From positions 1 to 20,629 of the forward strand of contig CAZUFC010000135.1 of the NCBI GenBank assembly GCA_964619725.1: a stretch of DNA of 20,629 nucleotides, written 5' to 3'. This DNA comes from an uncultured bacterium (GTDB lineage: Bacteria > CSSED10-310 > CAZUFC01). A program made the translations under genes and the position numbers. The notes under the pieces were generated by a model, which saw nothing but the letters and a program-made list of their open reading frames with translations, had not been told where the DNA came from and ran no database searches. This document shows, piece after piece, positions 1 through 9,925 of this stretch (its first letter is position 1; each line of letters starts with the position of its first letter).

Positions 1-285
1 CTGCTAAGTCCGGAACAACACCGAAATAATTAATTCCTGATCGGTTCTTTCTCCTCATCAGTGTGATTCGTAAGATTCGTGGTCGAAAACACACAAAAGC
101 AGCAGGAGAACCGCCATTTAATGAACAAACGAACTTGTTCCGGTAAACGAATTCAAATTTTTTGACCTCCTACAATTTCACAAGCAGTATGCCTTTTCAG
201 TGAATCAAGCATACATAATCCCTTGTAAAATAAAGATAAAACCAAAAAGGATTTTACTTGTTCATTAAAAGCGAAAAATCATGAA

Positions 286-320
286 TTCAAAAATTTTGAA
301 CAAAATTCAAAAAATTTGAA
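286..320. promoter_or_regulatory. Tandem palindromic binding sites (candidate enhancer/UAS for a sigma54 activator)
   Basis: TTCAAAAATTTTGAA (286-300) and TTCAAAAAATTTGAA (306-320), 20-bp period, ~100-135 bp upstream of the predicted sigma54 start. A third similar site TTCAAATTTTTTGAC lies at 152-166. Confidence 0.65.
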
Positions 321-363
321 CTTTCACCCGGTAAAATCACCTGATTCAACACTCAGGAAAACT

Positions 364-376
364 TAACTAATTGTAA
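364..376 (-). promoter_or_regulatory. IHF-like binding site
   Basis: Minus strand TTACAATTAGTTA partly matches WATCAANNNNTTR, in an AT-rich tract between the palindromes and the -24/-12 box, the usual IHF position. Confidence 0.35.
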
Positions 377-395
377 AACAAATATTTCAATTTTT

Positions 396-411
396 TGGCA
401 CAAAATATGCT
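396..411 (+). promoter_or_regulatory. Sigma54 (RpoN) -24/-12 promoter
   Basis: TGGCAC-AAAAT-ATGCT versus consensus TGGCAC-N5-TTGCW; exact GG-N10-GC spacing; predicted start ~422-423. Confidence 0.75.
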
Positions 412-421
412 AATTTTTCAA

Positions 422-597
422 ACGGTCAGCTTCGGTCCGAAAGCAGACGAATTTACGTCCGATGGAAGGCAGGGGGCATGCTTCTGAACAGCGCTCATGC
501 TTCAGGAGCCGGATTATGCCCGTTGAAGAAGAAGTCCGAGCCGAATCGGACGTGGGGGAGGGCCCGAACAAAGGGGCGAATAGCGTCAACCCTTTAT
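422..597 (+). ncRNA. Candidate sigma54-dependent structured small RNA or leader (family not recognised)
   Basis: Abrupt AT-rich to GC-rich switch at the predicted start. Successive hairpins: GACG/CGTC, GGGCAT-GCTTCTGAA/TTCAGGAGC-ATGCCC (474-521), GTCCGA/TCGGAC (534-551), AAAGGG/CCCTTT (570-595). No RBS-supported ORF. Confidence 0.4.
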
Positions 598-854
598 TAT
601 CAATGTTTTAGGTCGTTTTCCTCTTACCGAGCCTTTTCCAGTCAGCGCCCGTCCCTAATGGGCGAATCCAGATTAAAATTTTAAAACCGGCCAGGCTCTG
701 CAGTTTCTGAACCCATTTGAGCGCAACTTTGAACAATTGCGCTATGCTGCTTTAATACACAGAATTCAAATAACAGGTGATCCGCGGGCAAGCTCGTCGT
801 TTAGATCAATTGGAAATCCACAATCTTTGGGTGTATTTCATCTTTGCTCCTGTA

Positions 855-883
855 TTGAAACAAGCGCCCCCATTTGCTAGTAT
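855..883 (+). promoter_or_regulatory. Sigma70-type promoter for the cutA operon
   Basis: TTGAAA-17 bp-TAGTAT with TG extended -10. Confidence 0.45.
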
Positions 884-967
884 TCGTGATTGAAACAATC
901 CGGTCGGCTTTGGCTGTCGACCGAATTTTATGCTTTGAATTCGCTGAGTAAGGAGGAAAAGAATCAC

Positions 968-1288
968 ATGTCGGAATACATGATAACTTTTGTAACTGCT
1001 CCCAAACGTGAGGAAGCCGGGAAGATTGCTGAAGAATTGATAGGCGCCGGGTTGGCGGCCTGCGTTAATATCATTCCGTCTATCATCTCTTTTTACCGTT
1101 GGAAAAATGAAGTCTGTCGTGACGAAGAGTGTCTTCTTGTTGTGAAAAGTCGATGGGAGCTTTTCGACCGTATGAAGGAAAAAATTGTTGAGGTGCACAG
1201 CTATGAAGTGCCGGAAATCGTTTCTTTTTCGATTGAGAAAGGACTGCCCGATTATCTTGATTGGATAACGGAGACCACCGTTTCTTAG
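968..1288 (+). CDS. cutA: Divalent-cation tolerance protein CutA
   Basis: Motifs VTAP..EEA.KIA..L....LAACVNIIP.I.S.YRW, E.LLVVKS and HSYEVPEIV..I..G..DYLDWI. ATG 968 follows AAGGAGG and is preferred over the track's TTG at 890. Confidence 0.95.
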   Translation: MSEYMITFVTAPKREEAGKIAEELIGAGLAACVNIIPSIISFYRWKNEVCRDEECLLVVKSRWELFDRMKEKIVEVHSYEVPEIVSFSIEKGLPDYLDWITETTVS

Positions 1289-1302
1289 TGAACAGGTAAG
1301 GG

Positions 1303-3612
1303 ATGCGGAAGTTATTATTCTTCATGACGTTACGCTCACTTTCTCTACTAATCGTAACGGCAGTTATCTTCTTGTCCGCGGAAGCATATGCGTCTGCGCC
1401 GATCAAAAATCCTACGGACATAATCACGCCGGGCCGCGAAATTATCTTACATTCAGAGACTGGACTGGAAGGATTTATTCCTGTTCGCAGCAGTGAGGGG
1501 ATGCTATTCTGCCTTTCTTTAAATGACGGAAGAGTTGTATGGAAACGATCTTTGAAAGGTTCCGAGAAATTCGTTCTGCACGGCGATGGATTGTATATAA
1601 CCGATTGGAGCGGCTCGATAAAACTCTATCAGATGGAATCCGCACGCCTGAATGGCGGCGAACCTGCTGTTTCGACGAAAGCGCCGGTCAATTTGGACGT
1701 ACAACCCGTTGCAGGAGAGAATTTCATCTATTTAACGGGATGGGACAACAGGATATACGGATTGGATACGACCACAAACCAAATCGTTTGGAAGTCGGAA
1801 AAGTTAAAGGGTAACATTCGGCATAAACCTGTCGTCTCGAATGCCCTGCTCATCGTTCAGACAAGCAAGGATTTTATATATGCATTAGACGGAACAACGG
1901 GTTCGATCGCCTGGTTCAGGGAGCTGGATGATGCTCCGGCGGAACCGGTTACTGCTGACGAACAGTTTGCATACTTTGCTGCTGCTGACGGAATTTTGCA
2001 CATTCTGGACATTGACGACGGTTCTGAAGTGAAAACATTTTCGTTGAACCAACCGCCCGTTTTGCCTCTATTTCCTGATGATAACAAAATATACGCATTT
2101 CAGAGTTCCCTGACGATGTACGCCTGGGACATTGATGCCGGCGAGAAAGCCTGGAAAACTTACCTGTCGTCGGCCCTTTGTGCTGATCTCTGTTTTACGG
2201 GTAAGGGCATGGCTGCGGCGACGGAAGATTTGATTCTGATCGATCCCGAATCGGGCCGGACAATCGCAAGATACGCTCAATATAGCTCAGAAAAAATATC
2301 CGAAGAGCTTGAAAAACTTCGGTGGAACCGGACTCGCCTTTTAACCGATGAAGACCGCAAGATTGTCGTTAATCGGTGGCCCATGTTTGAGAGTTCATGC
2401 AAGGATTTAATTCATTACAAAAAAGAAGACAGCGAATTTTTGATTCGTATCTCCGAATCTGGCGCGGTATTCGCTTTATCCCTGATATCCAAGGACAATA
2501 AACCTTCATTTGATTTATGCTGGGTTTTCAAACCTGAACCCCGTTTAAGCTCATCTCCGGTAATTTCAGAATCAGAAGGAACCAGGCGCCTCATTACGGC
2601 TTTAAAAGACGAGAGATTAAGCATAACCGCCCTCGACAACGACAGAGCCGGCGCACACAAAACTCACTATTTCCGGACGAAAGGCTCACTGACATCTCCT
2701 CTCTTAGCCCATCAAGGAGCAATATACGCCGGCGGAAGCGGCAATATTTTTTATCGCTTTTCCGTCTCGCCGCCAGCCGTAACCGGTTTCATCAGGCTTA
2801 ATTCACCCTCCTCATCCTCACCCGCAGCCTGGAGGGACAAGGTGTATTTTAAAACCGACGGTCCCGAAGGACGCCTATACGCCTGGTCGCCTTCTACTGC
2901 TGAATCATCAATAAAGGTCGCGGATGGAATAAAATTTAATCCGCTCATTGACGAAGCGAGCGGTCTGCTTTGCCTGGTCTCGAAGTCCGGCGAGGCATTA
3001 TGGATGAATCTCAGCTCCAAACAGTCATTTCCTTTGCAGGAGGAAACTCCACCCTGGACTGGTCGCTTCAAACCGGATGACGCTGAATTCGTCTCACACC
3101 TGGCCGTCTTCAACCCGCTGCCGATAAATTCCGAAAATGGCGCATCAGAATCCCGGCATACCGATGCATTGTTAGTCGGCATTACTGATGCCGGAATGAT
3201 TAATGTCGTTTCTGAATACGGCAGGCTGCTCTGGAGCGTCCCTCTTCCCCAAACCATCCGGGATGAATCCCTTAATAATGTTGACTGGATCGGCGAACCC
3301 TGGACAGATGAAACTCTTGTTTACTTTACACGTTCGGACGGCCTTCTGATTAAACTGCACATGAATGAAAAAAGAGTCGCCGGCGTCATCGACATGAAAC
3401 AACCCGTCACCGTTCCGCCGACAGTCTACAACGAAGGAATAATTTTCGGCAGCGGCGCTGAAATCGTTTATTTTTCGATGACGAATCTTCGAACCGAATG
3501 GCGCTATCCTACGGCGGGGACAGCGTTGACTCCCTATCCCGTTGATGATGGAGTTTACGCCGCCTCAGAAGATGGAACCATCTGCTTTTTTACTATGGAA
3601 AAAGTTCAATAA
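1303..3612 (+). CDS. Secreted PQQ-binding-like beta-propeller repeat protein (BamB-like blades, probably two propellers)
   Basis: 769-aa ORF; N-terminal signal (…LSAEAYA); repeated blades such as IYGLDTTTNQIVWK, IYALDGTTGSIAWF, YAWDIDAGEKAWK, VYAASEDGTI. Confidence 0.85.
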   Translation: MRKLLFFMTLRSLSLLIVTAVIFLSAEAYASAPIKNPTDIITPGREIILHSETGLEGFIPVRSSEGMLFCLSLNDGRVVWKRSLKGSEKFVLHGDGLYITDWSGSIKLYQMESARLNGGEPAVSTKAPVNLDVQPVAGENFIYLTGWDNRIYGLDTTTNQIVWKSEKLKGNIRHKPVVSNALLIVQTSKDFIYALDGTTGSIAWFRELDDAPAEPVTADEQFAYFAAADGILHILDIDDGSEVKTFSLNQPPVLPLFPDDNKIYAFQSSLTMYAWDIDAGEKAWKTYLSSALCADLCFTGKGMAAATEDLILIDPESGRTIARYAQYSSEKISEELEKLRWNRTRLLTDEDRKIVVNRWPMFESSCKDLIHYKKEDSEFLIRISESGAVFALSLISKDNKPSFDLCWVFKPEPRLSSSPVISESEGTRRLITALKDERLSITALDNDRAGAHKTHYFRTKGSLTSPLLAHQGAIYAGGSGNIFYRFSVSPPAVTGFIRLNSPSSSSPAAWRDKVYFKTDGPEGRLYAWSPSTAESSIKVADGIKFNPLIDEASGLLCLVSKSGEALWMNLSSKQSFPLQEETPPWTGRFKPDDAEFVSHLAVFNPLPINSENGASESRHTDALLVGITDAGMINVVSEYGRLLWSVPLPQTIRDESLNNVDWIGEPWTDETLVYFTRSDGLLIKLHMNEKRVAGVIDMKQPVTVPPTVYNEGIIFGSGAEIVYFSMTNLRTEWRYPTAGTALTPYPVDDGVYAASEDGTICFFTMEKVQ

Positions 3613-3706
3613 CCGATAAGGAAAAGAAAAAGATTTTCATGAATCAAAAAAAGTTATAGAATTTTTCAGCTTAAAGCCGAGACAGTCGTCAACCGGAGGT
3701 AAATCA

Positions 3707-4360
3707 GTGAAAAAGGAATATTTGATCTCATTGTTTATATTTTTTATGGGATGCGCTCCTGCCTTCAAAGGTAAAGTTATATCCGTTCCGGATGGCGGGG
3801 GAGTAGAAAACGCCGTGATAAAATTGCAAACAAGGGAATATGCGGATGCCTATGCCGAACCGGTTCCCGTGGAGACACTGACGGACAAGCGGGGTAAATT
3901 TGTCTTCAAGGAATTGACGCCCGGCGAGTATGACATGACGGTGCAGAAGGAAGGCTATATGCCCCAGGAACTGACCGGGCTTGAAATTTCAGATCAGATA
4001 AAAGTGCGGGAAAAAATCATGCTGCTCAGGAAGGCTACAGTGTCAGGAATGGTCTTTAATCCCGACGGCTCACCTGCAGCCAATGCTGAAGTATTACCCG
4101 ACATCGGCTTTGCCTCCACTTCCACCTACTCGGACGGAACCTTTATCCTTCAATACATCGAACCCGGACCCAACAAAATATTTGCCGTCAGCGAAAAATA
4201 CGCTTCGGACCCGGTGGAAGTGAATCTGCAGCCGGGCGACAACAGCCTCGATATCGTGATGGAAGAAGTGGTAGTATCGCCGAGAGTATACGGACCGGGA
4301 ATCGACAAGGAACAGAAGGGCGGATTGTCGTTGCCTCTGTGGGACGACGGGTCTCAATAG
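3707..4360 (+). CDS. Lipoprotein with two carboxypeptidase-regulatory-like (beta-sandwich) domains
   Basis: GTG start after GGAGG; lipobox-like FMG|C; motifs TDKRGKFVFKELTPGEYDMTVQKEGY and VSGMVFNPDGSPAANA…DGTFILQYIEPG. Confidence 0.8.
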   Translation: MKKEYLISLFIFFMGCAPAFKGKVISVPDGGGVENAVIKLQTREYADAYAEPVPVETLTDKRGKFVFKELTPGEYDMTVQKEGYMPQELTGLEISDQIKVREKIMLLRKATVSGMVFNPDGSPAANAEVLPDIGFASTSTYSDGTFILQYIEPGPNKIFAVSEKYASDPVEVNLQPGDNSLDIVMEEVVVSPRVYGPGIDKEQKGGLSLPLWDDGSQ

Positions 4361-4384
4361 TCTAAAGAAGCAGGAGTTCATAAC

Positions 4385-6907
4385 ATGACGCTTAAAAGAC
4401 ACAAAATAATTGAATTGCTCACCTCACTGACCGCAACGTTTATCATAGTCGTAATCTTATCAGGATGCGAGTCGGTTCATGAATTATCCATCCTATGCAA
4501 AAATGAAACGGGACGAGTCATACCGGACGTTCAGATTTCTATTGATGGAGTTACCCAGGGGGAAACCGATATAGAAGGCAGCATCGCTTTAACTATAACA
4601 CCGCCGGAAAACAGAACGGTCAATATAAAAGTCGAACATAACGAATTTTTTCCTGCGACAAAGGAAGTTAAACTCTCCGAAGGTAAAAAAAGCGAATTCA
4701 CGATAGTTATGCTGCCGCGCAGAAACATAGAAATAAAATGTATGGGTTTTGAAGAGGATGCGCCCGAAGAGAACAAGCCTCTTGAAGGCGCAACGATCAT
4801 CATCAATGGAGAAGAAGCGGGAAAAACTAATGATCAGGGGTTATACAGGAAAGAGATAAAAGCGAAATTGAACGAACAGTTTTTCGTTTCTGCTTATAAG
4901 GAGGGTTACGTGCTTGAGACCCCGGCGCCGGTAAGGATGACGGTGGTTTCCGGCAAACGCGACCTCGAAAAAACGCTTCTTTTCCGTCTTATACCGCAGA
5001 TCAAACCGATGGAAGTAACCGTCAAAGCCTTCACGGGTCCGGATGAACAGCCTGTGGAAGGCGTAGAAGCGACGAAGAATGGAGAATCGCTCGGAAAGAC
5101 GGATAAAACGGGCATACTGAGGTTTGAGTTGACGGAGACTGAAGGGATCGATATCAAACTGGAGTTCAAAAAACCGGGATGGACGTTGAATCCTTCTGAA
5201 ACGACGGTGACGATGGAAGAGACGACGGCCAAAACCATAAAGATAAAGGCGCAGGAGGGCAAACCTTCCCAGGCGCCCGGCGCGGCAACCGAACCGGCTC
5301 CCGTAACAGTCCCCGAACCGCCGGTTTACGGCATAACTGCAATAGTCGAAGTCGTCATAACCGAGGATTCGACCCTGAACAGGGATCGATGGACTCAGAT
5401 CATATTACGTGATTTCCAGGACCATATCGATCCGATCGCCTATCTGCGGTATGCGGAAACGACGGACCTGAATGTCGCTGAACAATGGTCGCCCAGAGCT
5501 ACGGGTGCGCTTTACGCCTTATTGTTTAAAGTGACCGGCGGTGAAACCAATAACATTGAAATGTCATTGTATAATTATCGGGGACAACCGCAATTCAGAC
5601 ATACTGTGGAAGATATAAATCCGGACGACCTGCATGAAAGGTTGCAGGAGGGATTCGGGGCCGTGACTTATCATTTTCCGGTGGAAGGTTTTGTCGTTTC
5701 AGTTGAAGGCGGTTCTGCTGCCCTGAACATCGGAAAAGACAGAAACGTCAAACCGGGCGATACTTTTGCCGATAAATACCATCGGACCCTGGTCAGAATC
5801 AATGAAGTCAGCGAAACGCAGTCCAAAGGCGCTGTTACGAAAGGAAATCCCTGGAGATCGCAGAAACTTCGTCGCCGTGAGATATTCCCTGAAATGCTCG
5901 AAACTACTGCTGCAGTTCTGAATATAAAAGACCAGGAAACCGGCGAACCCCTCTCCAGCGCCGTCGTTTACCGCGACGGTTCATACGTCGGCACAACCGA
6001 TGAAAGAGGACAACTCGACTTACTGGTCCCGCAATCCAGGCCATATGAGCTGGAAGTAATGAAACTCGGCTGGACAGGCTGGAAAGAAGTTCTGAATCAT
6101 GAAGAACAGATCGAACGCGAAATTGAACTGAAACGGGATTACTGCATGTTGACGCTGAAAACTGTTCCCGACGGGTCGCAAGTTTATATAAATGATGAGT
6201 ATGCAGGAAAAACGCCGCTGGAAACCGAAGTGCGGCTGGGTTTGTATAAATTTAAATTCGTTCCTGCAGATCGAGATAAATTCCGGACCATTACCACCAG
6301 AGAACCGGTTTCCATCATTGACCAGAAAGAAACACTCGAATTCGTTCACCAGGGCGACTACTATGAAAAAGCCAGAGAACTCGAACAAATCCAAAATTAC
6401 AGGGAAGCCGTTGAAATGTACGCCCGCGTCAATACTCCAGCTTCGCCCCTGCAATCGGAAACGTTCATCAACGCCCGCTTCTCCATGGGGCTTATATGCC
6501 TGGATAAACTCAAGGATCATCCCTGTGCGGTAAAAGCGTTCCGGGCCGTCCTTAACTGGGACGACAAATACGCCCTGGCTTATCTGAATCTTGGCCTGGC
6601 TTACTATATGGAAAACAGATGGCTCAGCGCCGCCGAACAATTCTCCAAAGCCCTTCGCTTCAAACGTTTTATCCCGGATGACAGGTATACCCAGGCGGTT
6701 CACGACATCCTGTTCTATTCCGCTATGTGCAACCAGAAACTCTATTTCCAATCCTCAGGAACGCAAAAAGAAAAAAATCGACTGCAGGCTTGCTCGGCAT
6801 GGATGGAATACTTCGATTTCTACAATGACATCAAACCCGGCGACAAATCCATGTTCGCCGATATGGTCGGACCGGCGCAGTCATACAAAGCTAAAGTGTG
6901 CAAATGA
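4385..6907 (+). CDS. Multi-domain lipoprotein: repeated beta-sandwich/PEGA-like modules, FlgT-C-like domain, PEGA domain, C-terminal TPRs
   Basis: RBS AGGAG; lipobox LSG|C; repeats of G-x-T-[DN]-x-x-G; Pro/Ala linker; FPVEGFVVSVEGGSAALNIGKDRNVKPGD (FlgT C-terminal-like); LKTVPDGSQVYINDEYAGKTP (PEGA); ALAYLNLGLAYY…AAEQFSKAL (TPR). Confidence 0.8.
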   Translation: MTLKRHKIIELLTSLTATFIIVVILSGCESVHELSILCKNETGRVIPDVQISIDGVTQGETDIEGSIALTITPPENRTVNIKVEHNEFFPATKEVKLSEGKKSEFTIVMLPRRNIEIKCMGFEEDAPEENKPLEGATIIINGEEAGKTNDQGLYRKEIKAKLNEQFFVSAYKEGYVLETPAPVRMTVVSGKRDLEKTLLFRLIPQIKPMEVTVKAFTGPDEQPVEGVEATKNGESLGKTDKTGILRFELTETEGIDIKLEFKKPGWTLNPSETTVTMEETTAKTIKIKAQEGKPSQAPGAATEPAPVTVPEPPVYGITAIVEVVITEDSTLNRDRWTQIILRDFQDHIDPIAYLRYAETTDLNVAEQWSPRATGALYALLFKVTGGETNNIEMSLYNYRGQPQFRHTVEDINPDDLHERLQEGFGAVTYHFPVEGFVVSVEGGSAALNIGKDRNVKPGDTFADKYHRTLVRINEVSETQSKGAVTKGNPWRSQKLRRREIFPEMLETTAAVLNIKDQETGEPLSSAVVYRDGSYVGTTDERGQLDLLVPQSRPYELEVMKLGWTGWKEVLNHEEQIEREIELKRDYCMLTLKTVPDGSQVYINDEYAGKTPLETEVRLGLYKFKFVPADRDKFRTITTREPVSIIDQKETLEFVHQGDYYEKARELEQIQNYREAVEMYARVNTPASPLQSETFINARFSMGLICLDKLKDHPCAVKAFRAVLNWDDKYALAYLNLGLAYYMENRWLSAAEQFSKALRFKRFIPDDRYTQAVHDILFYSAMCNQKLYFQSSGTQKEKNRLQACSAWMEYFDFYNDIKPGDKSMFADMVGPAQSYKAKVCK

Positions 6908-8292
6908 ACTTAAAGGAAAAAATGCAGCATCGAAATATTTTCCTGAAAAATATAACCTCTTTTGTAAACGGGAGACGCCCCGGTTCGGTGACGGCCAAAG
7001 CTATTTTGATTTTCACATTGTCGCTGCTCTTAATTCCCGCAGCCGGGGCAACGGAAAAGGACGAAACCTGGGAATTTTATTCCTTCGATTCACTCTACAG
7101 ATCAGACGGCAGTTACCATTCGCCGGAAATTTCCCCGGATTCCCGGTGGTTGAGTGTGGAATTTCAAAGCGGCGACGAGAAAAAAATTGAGATTCTCGAC
7201 CTGCAGTCACTGCAGAAAGTATCCGAAATCGCCTTACCGCAGGAAAAAAAGAAAAGTTCCTGGTTCAGCTTGAGCGATGATTCATCCCACTCAAAAAAAA
7301 CGCGTTTCGACTATCAATTCCGCTGGAAGCCTTTATCGAATCAGGAGAAAAAAGAAATTCCCGCCCTGTTGTGGGCTGCTTTCGTCAGCGGAGGATCAGA
7401 AGAAAACAGCGACATATATCTCGTTGCATTAAGAAGCTTCGATGCCAAACCTGTAAGGTATTTTAGGCTGACCGACCATATCGCCGTGGACTTCGAACCC
7501 TCCTGGTCGCCCGACGGCTCAAGCCTCGCTTTCGTCTCAGGACGCACCGGATCGGGCGACATCTATATAACGACAGGTATACATGAATGGATGAAAAAAC
7601 GTAATTCAGAAATAAAACAAGGCCTGGCCGAAAAAACTCACATCTCCCGGTTGACTCATAATGCGGGAGAAGACCTCTATCCCGCCTGGTCGCCCGATGG
7701 AAAATGGATCGCTTACTCTTCCTTCAGCAACGAACCGGACGGCAGCGTCAAAAATTTCGGTTTATCTCTAATCCGCTCTTCCCCAGGCAATAAAGCGATT
7801 AGACTCATCAAAACAGAAAATCTGAATGAACTGCGACCCTCCTGGTCGCACGATTCAAATAAAATCGCATGCTTCGTTCCCTCACAACCGGTAAAAATGG
7901 ATGCCTTCTCCGCCGGCGACTTGAATATCACGCATGATGAAAAAATACAGTGGTCGCTCATGGTTGTCGAACTTCCAACGAAAAAAGATAAACAGAAATC
8001 CAGGGCGGAATTCTATAAAATCGACGGCGATATTTGGCCGCACCCCTTCAAAGGTCCGACCTGGTTCCCGAATCAAAATAAAATCGCCGGCATTTTTAAC
8101 GATGATGCCGGTTTCAATGCCTTGGAATTACGTATCGCAGATAAAAAACAAACCTCCGGGAAACAAAACATCATTTGGAAACAAAACGAATTGATTACCT
8201 ATCCGGAAATTACACCAGACGGGAAAAAAATAGTATTCGTCAGACAAAAAGGAAAATATATCGGCCTCAGCATGATGAGCAGAAAACCATGA
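6904..8292 (+). CDS. Secreted TolB-like PD40/WD40-like beta-propeller protein
   Basis: PEISPDSRW, PSWSPDGSSLAFVSGRTGSGDIY, PAWSPDGKWIAY, PSWSHDSNKIA, PEITPDGKKIVF; signal segment …LIPAAGA. ATG 6904 overlaps the upstream stop (ATGA); exact start uncertain. Confidence 0.85.
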   Translation: MNLKEKMQHRNIFLKNITSFVNGRRPGSVTAKAILIFTLSLLLIPAAGATEKDETWEFYSFDSLYRSDGSYHSPEISPDSRWLSVEFQSGDEKKIEILDLQSLQKVSEIALPQEKKKSSWFSLSDDSSHSKKTRFDYQFRWKPLSNQEKKEIPALLWAAFVSGGSEENSDIYLVALRSFDAKPVRYFRLTDHIAVDFEPSWSPDGSSLAFVSGRTGSGDIYITTGIHEWMKKRNSEIKQGLAEKTHISRLTHNAGEDLYPAWSPDGKWIAYSSFSNEPDGSVKNFGLSLIRSSPGNKAIRLIKTENLNELRPSWSHDSNKIACFVPSQPVKMDAFSAGDLNITHDEKIQWSLMVVELPTKKDKQKSRAEFYKIDGDIWPHPFKGPTWFPNQNKIAGIFNDDAGFNALELRIADKKQTSGKQNIIWKQNELITYPEITPDGKKIVFVRQKGKYIGLSMMSRKP

Positions 8293-9899
8293 GCATCATT
8301 AGAAAAAAAATACTGTCTCTCAACCCGTTAAAAATTTTTAAAAAAGCTGCAGGCGCTCATTCCGGTACGAATTTGAAAGCATCCCTCGCCGGTCAGAAGT
8401 TCATGAAAAGCAGGTTCAGTCATGAATGCATCTCAGCGCTTGATCGATACGGAAAAACTTTATGCCTTATTTTTCTTTTTATCTTTATAGGTTCAAGCGC
8501 CCGCGCAGAAGATTCCATTCTCAGGGAGTCTCTTCGTTTATTCGAACAGAACAGGTTCCGCTCAGCAATGGAAAATTTGGAATCAGCGCTCATGCAGGAC
8601 GAGCTGCAGGAAGCAGATAAAACGAAAGCGCAATGGCTGCTGGCCAGAAGCTGCATTAAAAGAGGTGAAGTTTTAAAACGCCTGGACCAGGCTGCTTATT
8701 CCATTTTTCCCCGGTATTACGGCATGCTGATGGAAAAAAACCTGTCAGAGAAGGAAAAAACCGCGGCATGTCTTTATTTTGCCCTCTGTTCCCTGGCCAA
8801 TGAAAAACCTTTTCAAATATTGCAATGCGATTTCCAGGAACTCATGCAGAATGATGCTGCCAAAGGGTTGACAAACATCAGGGATGCTTATAACGCCGTC
8901 GTACAACAAAAGAAAAAGGACGGAAAAGAAAACCGGTCACAAGGTTTCCAGGCCGAATATTACCGTCAGCTTCTAACTCGCGATATGAAAAACTCCGGCA
9001 TTCCGAACGAAAAAATATCCGCCCTGCTGAAATGGTATTCCAAGAAAAAAAATTTAACCGGAAGGGAACTCACCGGACTGTTCATTTTGAAATCGGTAAC
9101 TCAGAGTAAATCGAACAGCGTCCGGCCCGTTACATTACCTTCTGATTTGTGGGAGCCGGAACTGCAGACGACTGAATCATTACGCAGGCTGCGGTTTTAC
9201 GACCCTTTCATCTTCAATGCCGGACACGCATGGTGCATGAAAAGGGCAGTGGAATGCCTGGAAGAAGTGATCAGGAAAGCGCCTTCCGCCAAAGATAACG
9301 CCTGTTATCTCCTGGGGACAGCTCATCTTGAACTCGGGAATTTCAAGGCTGCCCTCGAAGCTTTCGAGCAAAGCGCTTACCGGCTTTCCAAGATTTATGA
9401 AATCGCCGCTCTTTATAATACGGACCAGAAGCCGAAAGCGGAAACTCTGATTCAAAATTTCATGGACTCCCATGATGATGAAATTCTGCTTCATCTCGGT
9501 CGCACAATGACTCTTTATATCCCCGCTTACCGCGATGAAGGAACAGCAATTCTGAATAAATCCCATAAAGCGGAAAGCAGGAAACTTAAAAGACTCAGCG
9601 CCGTATATCTGGCCGAAATCGCTCAGACCGCAGAACGGAAAAAAGAAGCGCTTGAAAAACTCGCAACCGTATACGATCATCATAATAGAGATAATCTTGA
9701 GTATAATCCTCCGCTGCTTTTGTTGAACTACGCTTTGATGCTTTTTTATCAAGGCGGCGGTTCCTTCCCGGTCTCGGTGGAAACGCTTTATGCGCTTTTG
9801 CTGGAGTATCCTGAAGCTAAACCGCTGCATGATCTGGTTCAGGGTATTTATGCGGACCGGGTGAAAAGAGGCGGAGACCAGAAACTGGATACAGGATGA
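8289..9899 (+). CDS. Exported tetratricopeptide-repeat protein
   Basis: ATGA overlap with the upstream stop at 8289 (alternative ATG 8403); hydrophobic signal LCLIFLFIFIGSSARA; TPR-like ACYLLGTAHLELGNFKAALEAFEQ. Confidence 0.75.
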   Translation: MSIIRKKILSLNPLKIFKKAAGAHSGTNLKASLAGQKFMKSRFSHECISALDRYGKTLCLIFLFIFIGSSARAEDSILRESLRLFEQNRFRSAMENLESALMQDELQEADKTKAQWLLARSCIKRGEVLKRLDQAAYSIFPRYYGMLMEKNLSEKEKTAACLYFALCSLANEKPFQILQCDFQELMQNDAAKGLTNIRDAYNAVVQQKKKDGKENRSQGFQAEYYRQLLTRDMKNSGIPNEKISALLKWYSKKKNLTGRELTGLFILKSVTQSKSNSVRPVTLPSDLWEPELQTTESLRRLRFYDPFIFNAGHAWCMKRAVECLEEVIRKAPSAKDNACYLLGTAHLELGNFKAALEAFEQSAYRLSKIYEIAALYNTDQKPKAETLIQNFMDSHDDEILLHLGRTMTLYIPAYRDEGTAILNKSHKAESRKLKRLSAVYLAEIAQTAERKKEALEKLATVYDHHNRDNLEYNPPLLLLNYALMLFYQGGGSFPVSVETLYALLLEYPEAKPLHDLVQGIYADRVKRGGDQKLDTG

Positions 9900-9925
9900 C
9901 GACACGTCAGAATGGAGTATAACCA

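Noticed and set aside
57-83. 9-nt periodic tract ATCAGTGTG-ATTCGTAAG-ATTCGTGGT
   Set aside because: Only three degenerate units and no partner inverted copy in the window; may belong to a repeat family but cannot be supported here.
178-194. Possible divergent sigma54 box on the minus strand (AGGCATACTGCTTGTGA)
   Set aside because: The -12 dinucleotide is GT rather than the near-invariant GC, and no target gene is visible.
598-610. Exact IHF consensus TATCAATGTTTTA
   Set aside because: Lies downstream of the sigma54 start with no associated promoter or att site; the degenerate consensus occurs by chance.
462-684. Small ORFs 462-611 (49 aa) and 478-684 (68 aa)
   Set aside because: No clear RBS or protein-like motifs; they overlap the hairpin-rich segment better explained as RNA structure.
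1303-8292. Naming the propeller genes bamB and tolB
   Set aside because: Fold repeats only: sizes and contexts differ (no lipobox on the PQQ protein, no TolB N-domain evident, no pal/tolQRA).
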